A stretch of 64,000 nt of DNA from Candidatus Daviesbacteria bacterium (lineage in GTDB: Bacteria > Patescibacteriota > Microgenomatia > Daviesbacterales > UBA10151): contig JAQUSJ010000002.1 of NCBI GenBank assembly GCA_028715175.1, positions 22,285 to 86,284 of the forward strand, given 5' to 3'. Of the stretch, positions 54,630 through 64,000 are shown in pieces. The notes beneath the pieces are model-generated. The model was not told the DNA's origin and made no database searches. It was given only the letters and a program-made list of their open reading frames with translations. The position numbers and the translations under genes are program-made. Position 1 is the first letter of the stretch. The number at the start of each line of letters is the position of its first letter.

Positions 54630-55136
54630 TCACTCAGTCGTGATTTGGGGGTGGACACGATAGTAAGGGTTTGGTTCAAAGGCAATTTCCCCTCTTTTAT
54701 CAACTACATAATATGCAAATCCTCTTTTATCCGATATCGACTTTGGAACTTTGTATTTCTCGTCTAGATAGCTATTCTTCAAAACTATCAAAAAACTATT
54801 TCCTGTATTAACCAGGCAAACAAACCAGCTTGCCGGAACATTAACTTGTCTGTACGGATTTAATCTAACCATCTTAAATTCCTTCGCTTCTTCAGATTCA
54901 TCATTCCTCTGCATTAGTAAAATTCCAGAGCCGTAAAGACATTGGTATGTTTGTACGCCGGGGAAATTGTTAAAATAGCCTGAAGTTTTGTTAAATTCTC
55001 CTCCATTAAACCCCTGGGAAATTACAAATATCACCTGATCATTATCCGCTAATATATAATACGGTGTTTTAACACCATTATTTACTTTCTCCATCAAGAC
55101 AGGTCGTAAGTCCTTATGTGTTTTAAGTTTGATCAT
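54630..55136 (-). CDS. hypothetical protein, possibly a cupin-fold sugar-modifying enzyme
   Basis: Beta-rich 168-aa ORF next to glycosyltransferases; no firm motif. Confidence 0.3.
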   Translation of the reverse strand: MIKLKTHKDLRPVLMEKVNNGVKTPYYILADNDQVIFVISQGFNGGEFNKTSGYFNNFPGVQTYQCLYGSGILLMQRNDESEEAKEFKMVRLNPYRQVNVPASWFVCLVNTGNSFLIVLKNSYLDEKYKVPKSISDKRGFAYYVVDKRGEIAFEPNPYYRVHPQITTE

Positions 55137-55986
55137 AAAATAATATTAACCTTAAATACTTAAATAATACCAGCTGTCTTTTAATCCTCCATGGCTGAAT
55201 GACTAATCTAAACAGCCATTCAAACCCTGATTTTCTTACCATCTTAGGTGCCCTGCGTACTCTACCGGAGAGATAATCGAATGCTCCCCCAACCCCCATG
55301 GCAACACGCACAGGAATCTTATCTAAATTTTTGGCAATCCATTTTTCCTGTTTTATATGTCCAAAAGCCACAAAAAGAATATCAGTAGGAGGTATTATGT
55401 ATTTTGTATTACGCGAAGACATATCTTTTCCTGCTTTCTCCCTTGCTACATAATACTTACTACTTACTACTTCTTGAGGGTTACCATCCTTATCAATTAT
55501 TCCTCCAGAAGAAACATAACTAACCTTAAGGTTTGGGTATTTCCGCAATAAGCGCTCTGCAGTTTCCTTTGCTACCCCACCATTGCCTCCTAAAAAGCCT
55601 GTTGTAAAGCCTTTTTCGGCTGACAGCTTACAAAGCGCTTCCATAAAATCTGTTCCAGTCACTACATCAAACTGCATCATAGGTTTTACTGGAAAAAAGA
55701 ACAGCGGCCAAAGCAGTAATCTTTCCAACCTGCTTTTTCTAAGTAACCAATCAGACAAACCAAGGCTGGAACTATCTGGAATAGCCAAATCTGCCTTATT
55801 TAGAATCCCCCTGAATTCTTTATCTTTTTGGGCTGCCAAAATAAATTCCAAATTAGGAGTCACAATGTAATGTTTACCAGTCCGACAGGCGGACTTGTTC
55901 CGGATCCACTTTTCCGCAACAACAAGAGCCTCTGTTAAATTAACCTTGTCAATTTTGACTCCTAAAATATCTATTTTCATAATCAT
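55123..55986 (-). CDS. WecB/TagA/CpsF-family glycosyltransferase (GT26)
   Basis: 'IDILGVKID', 'FVAFGHIKQEKWI', 'GVGGAFD' family motifs. Confidence 0.7.
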   Translation of the reverse strand: MIMKIDILGVKIDKVNLTEALVVAEKWIRNKSACRTGKHYIVTPNLEFILAAQKDKEFRGILNKADLAIPDSSSLGLSDWLLRKSRLERLLLWPLFFFPVKPMMQFDVVTGTDFMEALCKLSAEKGFTTGFLGGNGGVAKETAERLLRKYPNLKVSYVSSGGIIDKDGNPQEVVSSKYYVAREKAGKDMSSRNTKYIIPPTDILFVAFGHIKQEKWIAKNLDKIPVRVAMGVGGAFDYLSGRVRRAPKMVRKSGFEWLFRLVIQPWRIKRQLVLFKYLRLILFYDQT

Positions 55987-57237
55987 TCAAAGCGCTTCCA
56001 GTACTTTAAGTGTTCCCCTGGCACACCTCTCCCACGAAAATCTCTTAATATTTAAAAATCCTGCCTCAATTATTCTTCTCTTCATATCTTTGTTCATAAT
56101 TTCTACCATCCCCTTTACTATATCACTAGTAGAATACGGGTCTACAAAAATTGCACCTCCGCCATCTGACAAACCTGCAACTTCCGGCATAGATGATATA
56201 TTAGAGGTTAAAACCGGACATCCGCAGGCTTGAGCTTCCAAGATCGGCAAACCAAATCCTTCAAAAAGCGAAGGAAAGGTTAAAGCTATTGCTCCGGAGT
56301 ACAAAGCAGGTAAATCTTTCACAGGCACATACCCCAAAAACTTAACCCTGTCTTCAATCCCCAGTTGCTTTGGCAGAGCATAAATTTTTTCACTCATCCA
56401 ACCTTTTCCGCCTACAATGATAAGTTTCAGCGCAGCGAAGTCACAAGTAGTCAAAAAATGTTGAGGATTTTGTGCTGATTTTCTTAATGATTGAGGATAA
56501 CGGTCTTCCACAAAATTCTCACAAGCGAGCAAGTCTCTACCGTACGAGCGGTTTTTTGCACTGCGACGAGCTGCGAATTTTGCAAATGCTTTTATTAACC
56601 TTTCCAGATTTTTCCTTGGCTGTACTGTGCCTACAAACAAAAAGTATTTTCCGGGTTTTAACCCATAATGGCTCAAACTATTAACTAATAGATCAAATTT
56701 AACTGGCCTAAACAGATTTTGATCATACCCCTCATAAATCACTTCTATTCTCCTCTGATCTATTCCTGTCTTTTTAACAAGATTATTCTTTGTAGCCTTT
56801 GATACGGCAATTATTTTGGTGGCGGTTTTAAGTTGATATCTTTGCATGAAGCCCAAATAGATTCTTTGTTTAATCTGATGCATTGAAGACAGGTATTCGG
56901 AACCCAAATCATGTACCGTTACCACAGTTTTTAATCCGGGATATCTAATTACCGGTAAGGTATGCGCCGGCACAAACAATACATCCAGATTATCCCTGAA
57001 TGTTTGTATTGCCAATCCACCCTGAGTCCAAAGTCTTAACCAATTAATAGTTCTAAATCGGAAATTATCTGGCCAGCCTTGCAAGGGGACGCCTTGCGTG
57101 CCTAACGGACGTAAATACACAATGTATTGATTGATTCGATCAATTTTGGCTAGATTTTTTAATAGCTGATAGGAGTAATTTTCTGTTCCTGTCCGCTGAC
57201 CTGTAAATGCCCTTGACCCATCAAAACCAATAACCAT
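55987..57237 (-). CDS. GT4-family glycosyltransferase carrying a ~49-aa in-frame insertion encoded by the MITE-like element
   Basis: C-terminal 'EGFGLPILEAQACGCPVL' (EX7E); inserted linker 'AARRSAKNRSYGRDLLACENF...'. Confidence 0.7.
   Translation of the reverse strand: MVIGFDGSRAFTGQRTGTENYSYQLLKNLAKIDRINQYIVYLRPLGTQGVPLQGWPDNFRFRTINWLRLWTQGGLAIQTFRDNLDVLFVPAHTLPVIRYPGLKTVVTVHDLGSEYLSSMHQIKQRIYLGFMQRYQLKTATKIIAVSKATKNNLVKKTGIDQRRIEVIYEGYDQNLFRPVKFDLLVNSLSHYGLKPGKYFLFVGTVQPRKNLERLIKAFAKFAARRSAKNRSYGRDLLACENFVEDRYPQSLRKSAQNPQHFLTTCDFAALKLIIVGGKGWMSEKIYALPKQLGIEDRVKFLGYVPVKDLPALYSGAIALTFPSLFEGFGLPILEAQACGCPVLTSNISSMPEVAGLSDGGGAIFVDPYSTSDIVKGMVEIMNKDMKRRIIEAGFLNIKRFSWERCARGTLKVLEAL
56428..56576. 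mobile_element. second copy of the ~148-bp MITE-like element, inserted in-frame inside the GT4 glycosyltransferase gene
   Basis: 'cagcgaagtcacaagtagtcaaaaaatgttg...caagcaagtctctaccgtacgagcggttttttgcactgcgacga'. Confidence 0.65.
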
Positions 57238-57244
57238 GAGCTAA

Positions 57245-58294
57245 TTATCTTTTAGATACCGATCTTTTGTAAAGATCAAGGTTTTCCAAAGCCAATCCTG
57301 TTCCAAGAGCCACGCAAAGGAGCGGGTTTTCTGCCAGAGCTGCCGGCACACCCAAAGATTCGGTTAAAAGCTTGTCCAGATTCCGCAAGAGCGATGTTCC
57401 TCCGGACATCACGATGCCTTTGTCAATAATATCCGATGCAAGCTCCGGCGGGATTTGTTCCAATACGCCTTTTGCCGCTATAATAATCTTGTGGGTAATA
57501 TCTGAGATAGCTTCTGTCACCTCATCGGATGTAATCTCAATAGTCTTGGGTAAGCCTGAAAAAGCATCCCTGCCCCTGACCTCCATCTTTTGCGCCTCGG
57601 AAGACTTCAACTTGGTTGCAGAACCTATTTTAATCTTAACTTCTTCCGCCATCCTTTCTCCAATAATTAAATTGTGCTTTTTGCGCACATAGCTTTGAAT
57701 TGCTTCATCAATCTTGTTACCGCCAACCCGCACAGACGAATGAACTACCACTCCTCCCAGACAAACAACTGCCGCTTCTGTTGTTCCCCCGCCAATATCA
57801 ATAATCATGTTACCGGAAGGATTAGCAATAGGAATTTTGGCTCCAATGGCTGCGGCTAATGGCTCATCGATTAGAAAAGCCGTCCTTGCTCCGGCAGAAA
57901 TAGTTGCGTCCAGAATTGCCCTTTTCTCAACAGAAGTCACTCCGGCAGGCGCACACACCATAACTTCCGGCTTAAAAAGCCTGCTCGAACCGCAAACTCT
58001 ATCCAGAAAATAACGGATCATCGCTTCGGTAATCACATAATCTGCGATTACCCCGTCTTTCATGGGACGCGAAGCAACAATATTCCCCGGAGTTCTCCCC
58101 AGCATTTCTTTGGCTTCATTACCAACTGCCAAAACACGGTAGTCATCGGTTGTGACTGCAACCACAGTCGGCTCGTTTAAAACAATACCAGCCCCTGCAA
58201 GATAAACCAGAGAGTTGGCAGTGCCCAGATCTATTCCGATCCTTTTGGAAAAATTAAACATAAGCTGATAATTGATTGTGATTCTACCAGCCAA
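57245..58294 (-). CDS. MreB-like actin homolog (second paralog)
   Basis: 'IGIDLGTANSLVY', 'IIDIGGGTTEAAV'. Confidence 0.8.
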   Translation of the reverse strand: MAGRITINYQLMFNFSKRIGIDLGTANSLVYLAGAGIVLNEPTVVAVTTDDYRVLAVGNEAKEMLGRTPGNIVASRPMKDGVIADYVITEAMIRYFLDRVCGSSRLFKPEVMVCAPAGVTSVEKRAILDATISAGARTAFLIDEPLAAAIGAKIPIANPSGNMIIDIGGGTTEAAVVCLGGVVVHSSVRVGGNKIDEAIQSYVRKKHNLIIGERMAEEVKIKIGSATKLKSSEAQKMEVRGRDAFSGLPKTIEITSDEVTEAISDITHKIIIAAKGVLEQIPPELASDIIDKGIVMSGGTSLLRNLDKLLTESLGVPAALAENPLLCVALGTGLALENLDLYKRSVSKR

Positions 58295-58339
58295 AAAACC
58301 TGATCACAAGATACACTAAATGGATCAATAGCTATCAGT

Positions 58340-59509
58340 TCACTTAAGGTTTACACCAAACAGGTTTGGTTCCGAGGCGGTCGGGGTTGGAAAAGAACTA
58401 ATAATCACCAGCCTTGATGAATCAAGCCACGGAAAAACAAAATCATCCTGGAAACTACCGGCATAAATAACAGCTTTATTTGTCCCGTCAAAATCCGCAA
58501 TTGATATTATCCCTTCTTCAATCAAGATAATATGCATTGAATTGGGCAACCAAATATGAGCTCTAGCCGCAGGTAGTGAGTATTCTTTTCCATCTTCCAA
58601 GTTATAAACCTTGAGGTCTGCTTCGGTCTTACCGGCCATAAATTTGGTTTCATCCGGAGACCAGCGCACGATAGCTGCGGAAGAGGCAATTTGACGGAAA
58701 GTTGTATTTTTAATTGCCAGTACCCTTGCCTCGTTTTTTAAACGGGTGTCTTCTTCCCAGGATTTTAAGGTAACTTGCAGCAGGGGTGTAATATCGCGGG
58801 GATCGGAATTTAATCTGTCGGATTCCAAAAGGTAATTGTTATCCCCTACTGTTGCCAAAATTTGCTTGGAGTCGGCAGACCAACGCAATGCAGCTTTCGA
58901 AAAATCTATACTTGTGCTTTGAACAATCTGATGAGGCTCGCTGGAGCGGGCAAAAGAAATAGGTTGATTGCGGGTTTGTGTCCAAACCCAAACTCCCCCC
59001 TTTTTATTAGCAACACCGACAGGTGTTGATGACGGCACGATGTAGGCAAGCTTACTTCCGTCAGGGCTCAAAGTCGGATTTTCCACCCCATTAAAAGTCA
59101 GCGGATAAATAGTGGGGATGGCAGGAAAAAGAGTTACCTTGACAGCTGTCACCAACCCTTCTTTGACGCTCACTTGCTTCTCCCAGGGAATAAATCCTTC
59201 CTTGACGATCCTGACAGAGTAATTTTTGGGAGAAAGCGAAGAAACTGTGGTATTTGTAGCGGTAGTAAGGTGACCATCTATAAAAACCGAGGCTGCATCA
59301 GGTTCCGAAGTTATAGTAATAATTCCGGTTCCAACAATCCTCTTTTCTTTTGGTGAAAAGGTATAACCTTTTGCCAAAAAAATTGCAATAGCGGCAATAA
59401 CACCAATTGCTATTAAGGTTGCAATAGAAATAACAAATTTTTTAGACAATCGGAGTGCGCCCCCTTTCCTAGCGCGCGAGATCGCTTGCAAAAATTGTCT
59501 AAATGACAA
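58340..59509 (-). CDS. membrane-anchored PEGA-domain plus TolB-like beta-propeller protein
   Basis: N-terminal TM helix; PEGA-like 'ITSEPDAASVFIDG'; WD40/TolB-like repeats 'WSADSKQILAT', 'RWSPDETKFMAG'. Confidence 0.45.
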   Translation of the reverse strand: MSFRQFLQAISRARKGGALRLSKKFVISIATLIAIGVIAAIAIFLAKGYTFSPKEKRIVGTGIITITSEPDAASVFIDGHLTTATNTTVSSLSPKNYSVRIVKEGFIPWEKQVSVKEGLVTAVKVTLFPAIPTIYPLTFNGVENPTLSPDGSKLAYIVPSSTPVGVANKKGGVWVWTQTRNQPISFARSSEPHQIVQSTSIDFSKAALRWSADSKQILATVGDNNYLLESDRLNSDPRDITPLLQVTLKSWEEDTRLKNEARVLAIKNTTFRQIASSAAIVRWSPDETKFMAGKTEADLKVYNLEDGKEYSLPAARAHIWLPNSMHIILIEEGIISIADFDGTNKAVIYAGSFQDDFVFPWLDSSRLVIISSFPTPTASEPNLFGVNLK

Positions 59510-59554
59510 TTTTTGACAAGGGCAATCTTTGATATCTATAGTGTACTTCTTTTA

Positions 59555-60259
59555 TTAGCTATTTACCAGCCTTGCCCTCACAATTAACCTGTTAAGCAGT
59601 GTTCCCGGAGGATCACAAGTCTGCAGAGTTACAACCGGAGCATCGTACCTGTTTGTTAAAAAGGAAATATCGTCCGGACTGGCAATAGTTTTATCAAACA
59701 CCACATAATCATACCTCCTATTCTTGTAAAAGATAATTATTGTATCCCCGGGTTCAAGTTCTTTCAATAAATAAAATACGGCATTGTAGCGGATAATATT
59801 CCAGGGGGCATCTGTTGAATGGGAAAAAAGGTATAAATTCCCTGGCACTCCCGGAGGCGTTGAGCCTAATGCTTCTGCAACTCCCTGAGTCAACATCTGC
59901 ACATATTGCTCCTCATCCCCTGGATTCACATTTGGAATAATCCTGGCGTTAGCATTGATTTTTTCAATAACTACTCCGTATTCTGTTGATACCGGAATAA
60001 TGCTGTTACCCCCGGAGCTAACATTGCTGAAGTCCAAAGGCCCGCCTGCACCGCTTTCTGTTGCTTCTGTTTGTGCAAACTGCTCAAAGGAGGTAATAAC
60101 CGGCACAGTTTTCTTAACACCCAAAATCCTGGAAATCCTGTAGCCGGCTTCTACCTGTACAACAGGACCCAACATAAAAGTTAAACCCGTAAGTCCGGCA
60201 AAAAATAAAAAGTAGCCGGCAAACCGGACAAATAAAATAATTTTAAAACGTTTAGACAT
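59555..60259 (-). CDS. sortase-family transpeptidase
   Basis: N-terminal TM helix; 'LFSHS' His and the 'VVTLQTCDP' TLxTC catalytic motif. Confidence 0.65.
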   Translation of the reverse strand: MSKRFKIILFVRFAGYFLFFAGLTGLTFMLGPVVQVEAGYRISRILGVKKTVPVITSFEQFAQTEATESGAGGPLDFSNVSSGGNSIIPVSTEYGVVIEKINANARIIPNVNPGDEEQYVQMLTQGVAEALGSTPPGVPGNLYLFSHSTDAPWNIIRYNAVFYLLKELEPGDTIIIFYKNRRYDYVVFDKTIASPDDISFLTNRYDAPVVTLQTCDPPGTLLNRLIVRARLVNS

Positions 60260-60287
60260 AGTACGCTAACAAGCTATTCCCTGTATG

Positions 60288-60360
60288 CGGCCCTGGAGGG
60301 AATCGAACCCCCTACATCAGACTTAGGACGTCCGCGTTCTATCCGGTGAACTACAGGGCC
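60288..60360 (-). tRNA. tRNA-Arg (anticodon CCT)
   Basis: Reverse complement folds with acceptor GGCCCTG/CAGGGCC, D GTTC/GAAC, anticodon stem CGGAC/GTCTG, loop GTCCTAA, T-arm GGGGG-TTCGATT-CCCTC. Confidence 0.75.
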
Positions 60361-60425
60361 AACTTAGGTTACTTACATTTTAACACCAGGAGGGGTAAAA
60401 TACTAAGGAAGAATGCTTCGGATTT

Positions 60426-60497
60426 CGGGGTGTAGTGAATCGGTATCACGCTGCGTTCGGGTCGCAGAGACACTGGGTTCAATTCCCAGCACCCCGA
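60426..60497 (+). tRNA. tRNA-Pro (anticodon CGG)
   Basis: Acceptor CGGGGTG/CACCCCG, D GTGA/TCAC, anticodon stem CTGCG/CGCAG, loop TTCGGGT with G37, T-arm CTGGG-TTCAATT-CCCAG. Confidence 0.75.
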
Positions 60498-60498
60498 C

Positions 60499-61002
60499 TT
60501 AAACTCCAAACCAAAGCTTGATTTCTTTTTTGGCTTCCTCAGGAGAAGCGGAGGCGTGAATTAGATTCCAAACCGGTCTTTCTTCCTGATTAGCTTTTAA
60601 AATATTATCTGTTCCCAAATCTCCTCTGATGGTGCCTTTTTCAGCTGTAGCCGGATCTGTAAAGCCTGTCACCTTCCGGGCAACACTTACCGCATTTTTC
60701 CCTTCTAAAACCATGGCCACAATCGGACCGGAGGTAATAAACTTTCTAAGCCAGGTTACTACTTTTCTTCCCTGATCTTCTGCGCTTTTGACTTTTTGAC
60801 CTGCAGCAATAGTTTTTTCCCCAATCAAACGAAGATAATCCGGTTCCATCGGATAGTGTTTCTCTACTATTGACAGCGGCGCCATCATATCTTTTCTTTT
60901 AACCACTTTCAGTCCTGCAGTTTGATAACGCCTAATAATTTCCTCAGTCAGCCCTCGGCTAACCCCATCAGGCTTAATAATGATTAAAGTCTGCTGTAAC
61001 AT
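60499..61002 (-). CDS. ndk: nucleoside diphosphate kinase
   Basis: 'TLIIIKPDGV', 'NLIHASAS' active-site His. Confidence 0.85.
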   Translation of the reverse strand: MLQQTLIIIKPDGVSRGLTEEIIRRYQTAGLKVVKRKDMMAPLSIVEKHYPMEPDYLRLIGEKTIAAGQKVKSAEDQGRKVVTWLRKFITSGPIVAMVLEGKNAVSVARKVTGFTDPATAEKGTIRGDLGTDNILKANQEERPVWNLIHASASPEEAKKEIKLWFGV

Positions 61003-61005
61003 AGA

Positions 61006-62019
61006 TCAATGTATTATAACATCCTCCACTTTCGTTGAACCATCATTAAATACTGATACAACCGCGAACCTGGGAGCTTGTGGGTTTCTTTCAATCGTGA
61101 CAGCTCCGATTGTAACCAGGGACAAATTTGTTTTAGGTTCACTGTACTCTGAAAAGAAATGAATATCTCCAGCAAAAATCTTTGTTGCTCCCGCTTCTTT
61201 TAGTTGAAAAATCAACCCGCCTGCCTGTAATTTCAAGCTTTTCTCCACCCACCCCATAACATGATCGGAAGAAGGATGATAAAGCGGTTCATGCATAAAT
61301 ACAAAAAGTCCTTTTGCTCCGATTTTCTTAGGTTTCTCCAATTCCGTCGCAATCCATGCAGTCTGTTTAGTATCGAAACCAGTGTAGTTATCGCTATTAT
61401 CCAGAAGCAAGAATTCAAAATTTTCAAGTTCAAAAGATTGATACGACGGACCAAAAACCTGACTGAAACAAGAACTTGGCAATAAAGACCTGTTCCGAGA
61501 GTCCCAAAGATCATGATCGCCCGGTATTAGAAAGTAGCGCAGAGAAGAGTTATCAAATTCTTTTTTTGCATTTTCCAACTCTGCAATTGTCCCGACTTCG
61601 GTGTAATCTCCCAAACCAATGATGAATTTTAGATCCGGATACTTATGCCTGCCTTGTTTAATAGCCTTCCCCAAATCAGCATTATCGTTGTGAGAATCTG
61701 CGACAATCAAAAATCGAAAAGCCAAATTTGAATTTAGCGGCTTAGAAGTTTCCGCAGGCACACTGGATTGATTAACTAATACTTTTTGACTTAAGTTAAG
61801 TTTAGATAGAGCTGCAGATATTTGTTTCGGCGTTCTTGATACAACAACATTATTAAAAATTGCTTGAGGATCGATCTTTAGCGGATCTAAACCGGAAAAA
61901 TGCTTATAGGCTGTGTACGTGCCGAGTAGTAAAACCGTAAACATCACCAAACTCAAAACCAGTCTGAAGAAAACAAGTATTACATTTGAGGATCTTTTTT
62001 TATAATGTCTTTTGAACAT
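61006..62019 (-). CDS. calcineurin-like metallophosphoesterase
   Basis: 'VADSHND', 'GLGDYTE', 'IPGDHDLW', 'FMHEP' MPP motifs; N-terminal TM helix. Confidence 0.65.
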   Translation of the reverse strand: MFKRHYKKRSSNVILVFFRLVLSLVMFTVLLLGTYTAYKHFSGLDPLKIDPQAIFNNVVVSRTPKQISAALSKLNLSQKVLVNQSSVPAETSKPLNSNLAFRFLIVADSHNDNADLGKAIKQGRHKYPDLKFIIGLGDYTEVGTIAELENAKKEFDNSSLRYFLIPGDHDLWDSRNRSLLPSSCFSQVFGPSYQSFELENFEFLLLDNSDNYTGFDTKQTAWIATELEKPKKIGAKGLFVFMHEPLYHPSSDHVMGWVEKSLKLQAGGLIFQLKEAGATKIFAGDIHFFSEYSEPKTNLSLVTIGAVTIERNPQAPRFAVVSVFNDGSTKVEDVIIH

Positions 62020-62022
62020 AAA

Positions 62023-62090
62023 ATAGCTTTCAGTCTTCAGCTATCAGCTTTCAGACTTTTAATAAGACCTGAAAGCATTGCGCTGATCTG
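62023..62090. repeat. heptamer-array hairpin element, copy 9 (its left arm supplies the stop codon of the IVS-protein gene)
   Basis: 'atagctttcagtcttcagctatcagctttcagac' - loop - 'cctgaaagcattgcgctgatctgg'. Confidence 0.7.
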
Positions 62091-62402
62091 GTCAACCTCG
62101 CTAATAACTGCATTAATCGTTTTCTCGTCTGCCATCTCAAGACTTATTGCAATTTCTAGTCCGGCAATTACTTCATATGCTGATCTTTGTGCCATTCTCA
62201 AAAATCTCATAAATTCTGGGTCTGATCCGGAACCCGATCCTTCTGCGATATTCAAACAAATACTCACTGCCGCTCTTCTTATTTGGTCTACCAGACCATA
62301 TTTCTCTTCTTGCGGAAACTTAGAAGTAATTTTGTAAACAAGCGATACAAACTGAATTGATCGCTGCCACACTGTAAGTTTTCTGAATTTATGTGTATTC
62401 AT
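62037..62402 (-). CDS. four-helix-bundle protein (23S rRNA-IVS-protein family)
   Basis: 'LTVWQRSIQFVSLVYKITSKFPQEEKYGLVDQIRRAAVSICLNIAEG' family signature; both gene ends lie inside heptamer-hairpin repeat arms. Confidence 0.7.
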   Translation of the reverse strand: MNTHKFRKLTVWQRSIQFVSLVYKITSKFPQEEKYGLVDQIRRAAVSICLNIAEGSGSGSDPEFMRFLRMAQRSAYEVIAGLEIAISLEMADEKTINAVISEVDQISAMLSGLIKSLKADS

Positions 62403-62434
62403 GTCTGACGACTGATGACTGATGACTATTAAAC
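62403..62434. repeat. single arm of the heptamer-array element (AGTCATCAGTCATCAGTCGTCAGAC) between argS and the IVS-protein gene
   Basis: Reverse complement of 'gtctgacgactgatgactgatgact'. Confidence 0.7.
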
Positions 62435-64000
62435 TTACATTCTCTCCGGCGCTTCTATCCCTAACAGATTCAAACCTTTCTTTAAAACCTTACTTACTTC
62501 CAAAGATAACTTTAATCTAAAATCTTGCTTTTCTGATTCCAAAATTCTGCATTCCTGGTAAAAAAGATTGTAGAGCCTGGAGAGCTCAACCAGATACGAG
62601 GCTATGAGGTTTGGATGTCCTAATTTCAACGCTTCTTCCACAGTTTCAGAAAAATAAAGAAGCTGTCTTAATAGCGCTCTCTCCTGTTTGTCTAACGCAA
62701 CACTCTCCATTGGTATTTTCGGAAGTTTGCTGGAATTTCGGAGAACCGATTGGATCCTGGCAAACGTATATTGGACATAAGGCCCGCTATCCCCATCCAG
62801 TGAAACTGATTGCGCAAGATCAAATATCATATTTGGCCTTGGGGAGAATTTTAGATAAGAAAATTTGATTGCGCCCAAAGCTACAATCCGGACAACTTCC
62901 TGATCAATTCCCAGACTACTCTTTTTCATTACTTCCCTGACTTTTTCAGATACTACATGATACAAATCATCAACAGTTACCACATTGCCGGTCCGTGATG
63001 ACATTTTACCTTCACTCAAATCAACAACACCATAAGACAAATGGTATTTTTTCTGCTTTAGATACGGGAAAATGAGCTCTATTGCCTTAATCACAACCTG
63101 AAAATAACCCTCCTGCTCGCTTGCAACAACATGGATTGATTTCTCGTAATTAAAAGCATCATATTCCGCTTCTGCCAAACCGATTTCTTTACCCTCATAT
63201 GTCGGATTACCGGCTGAAGTAACAAAAACACGGTTATGCAAACCGTATTTTTCTCCAGGAAAAATAATTGCCCCATCGCTTTCCTCAAAAACTTTGCCCA
63301 GGTTTTTAAGTACTATTTGCTTTCCTCTCTCAAAAACTTCACTTTCAAAAAAACACCGGTCGTATTTGATTCCCAGGAGCCGGTAAATAGGTTCAAAGTA
63401 TTCTAAACTCCAGGACCTGGTCAATTGATAGATTTCTTGAAATTCTTTTCTTTTTTGATAAAGACCGATGTTAATTTTGTCTATTTCTTCCTTAAAAACG
63501 GAATCTTCTTCGTACGATTTATTACCTTCAGCATATGCCCTGCCTAAAAAATCGGCCTTTTCTTCCAAACTTAACTCCTTTGAGGGCAAACCAAGCTTTT
63601 CTATCCCCCAAATAGCCTTGGCAATATGCAAGCCAATATCACCCTGATAATTAGCTCTAAATACGGTGTGACCTTGTGACTGATAAATTCTGCAAAGACT
63701 CTCTCCCAAAATAAAAGTCCGGAGATGTCCGACGTGTACTTCTTTCAAAGGATTAACATGACCATATTCAATAAGCACTTTTGAGGTTTCGGTCGATTTT
63801 TGCAACAGATCCAAGTCGCTGGCATTTTTGACAAGTTCGGAGTCTTTAATGAAAAAATTAATAAAACCCCCGCCGGCTACTTCTATTTTCTCCAGATAGT
63901 CCACTTTTCCAAATTTCTCTAAAATTTCATTAGCAACTTCTGTTGGGGACTGCTTACCTTTAGGCGATTCTAGTTTAGCAAGCTGTAAGGCTATATTCGA
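62435..64000 (-). CDS. argS: arginyl-tRNA synthetase (partial; the N-terminus lies beyond the window end)
   Basis: 'HVGHLRTFILGE' HIGH region, 'YQGDIGLH'; the reading frame continues to position 64000 without a start. Confidence 0.8.
   Translation of the reverse strand, partial: SNIALQLAKLESPKGKQSPTEVANEILEKFGKVDYLEKIEVAGGGFINFFIKDSELVKNASDLDLLQKSTETSKVLIEYGHVNPLKEVHVGHLRTFILGESLCRIYQSQGHTVFRANYQGDIGLHIAKAIWGIEKLGLPSKELSLEEKADFLGRAYAEGNKSYEEDSVFKEEIDKINIGLYQKRKEFQEIYQLTRSWSLEYFEPIYRLLGIKYDRCFFESEVFERGKQIVLKNLGKVFEESDGAIIFPGEKYGLHNRVFVTSAGNPTYEGKEIGLAEAEYDAFNYEKSIHVVASEQEGYFQVVIKAIELIFPYLKQKKYHLSYGVVDLSEGKMSSRTGNVVTVDDLYHVVSEKVREVMKKSSLGIDQEVVRIVALGAIKFSYLKFSPRPNMIFDLAQSVSLDGDSGPYVQYTFARIQSVLRNSSKLPKIPMESVALDKQERALLRQLLYFSETVEEALKLGHPNLIASYLVELSRLYNLFYQECRILESEKQDFRLKLSLEVSKVLKKGLNLLGIEAPERM

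Noticed and set aside
2321-62434. The hairpin repeats as a CRISPR array
   Set aside because: The copies are 5-10 kb apart and lie at gene junctions. They are not interleaved with uniform-length spacers. Each unit is an inverted repeat made of heptamers rather than a direct repeat. No cas genes are present.

Overview
64 kb window of a low-GC (~38-40%), gene-dense bacterial chromosome. The gene content looks like a Patescibacteria/CPR genome. This is an inference from features such as a type IV pilus cluster, a sortase, dockerin and PEGA proteins, a four-helix-bundle IVS protein, ribosomal proteins with N-terminal extensions, and few Shine-Dalgarno sites. No rRNA genes and no CRISPR array are present. 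I call about 75 CDS. These include: a cell-shape/peptidoglycan block (mreC-mreD-mrdA-dprA, two MreB paralogs, a class A PBP); late pyrimidine genes pyrF/pyrE and a fused PyrD-PyrK; def-fmt; a two-component system; a five-pilin type IV pilus cluster with PilB/PilC; a Tat system (three TatA-family genes plus TatC) around a 1017-aa surface protein; secE-nusG-rplK-rplA and rplJ-rplL, which are separated by inserted genes; a GH1 beta-glucosidase; glycosyltransferases; sortase; ndk; and argS (partial). Five tRNAs are present: Thr-TGT, Thr-GGT, Trp-CCA, Arg-CCT and Pro-CGG. The most striking content is repetitive DNA. (1) A family of at least 10 long hairpins whose arms are arrays of TCAG-containing heptamers, lying exactly at gene junctions and often ending ...GACGACTATTT-ATG. 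(2) A 15-bp palindrome AGGGGTT(G/C)AACCCCT found 5-6 times around a REP-associated tyrosine transposase (RAYT)-like gene and a block of paralogous beta-helix proteins. (3) Three further palindromic/MITE-like families that are inserted in-frame into protein-coding genes (def, fmt, mrdA, an O-antigen-ligase-like gene, a GT4 glycosyltransferase, rplA and rplL N-terminal extensions), reminiscent of Rickettsia palindromic elements. (4) Several 4x7-bp heptanucleotide tandem arrays inside coding sequences.
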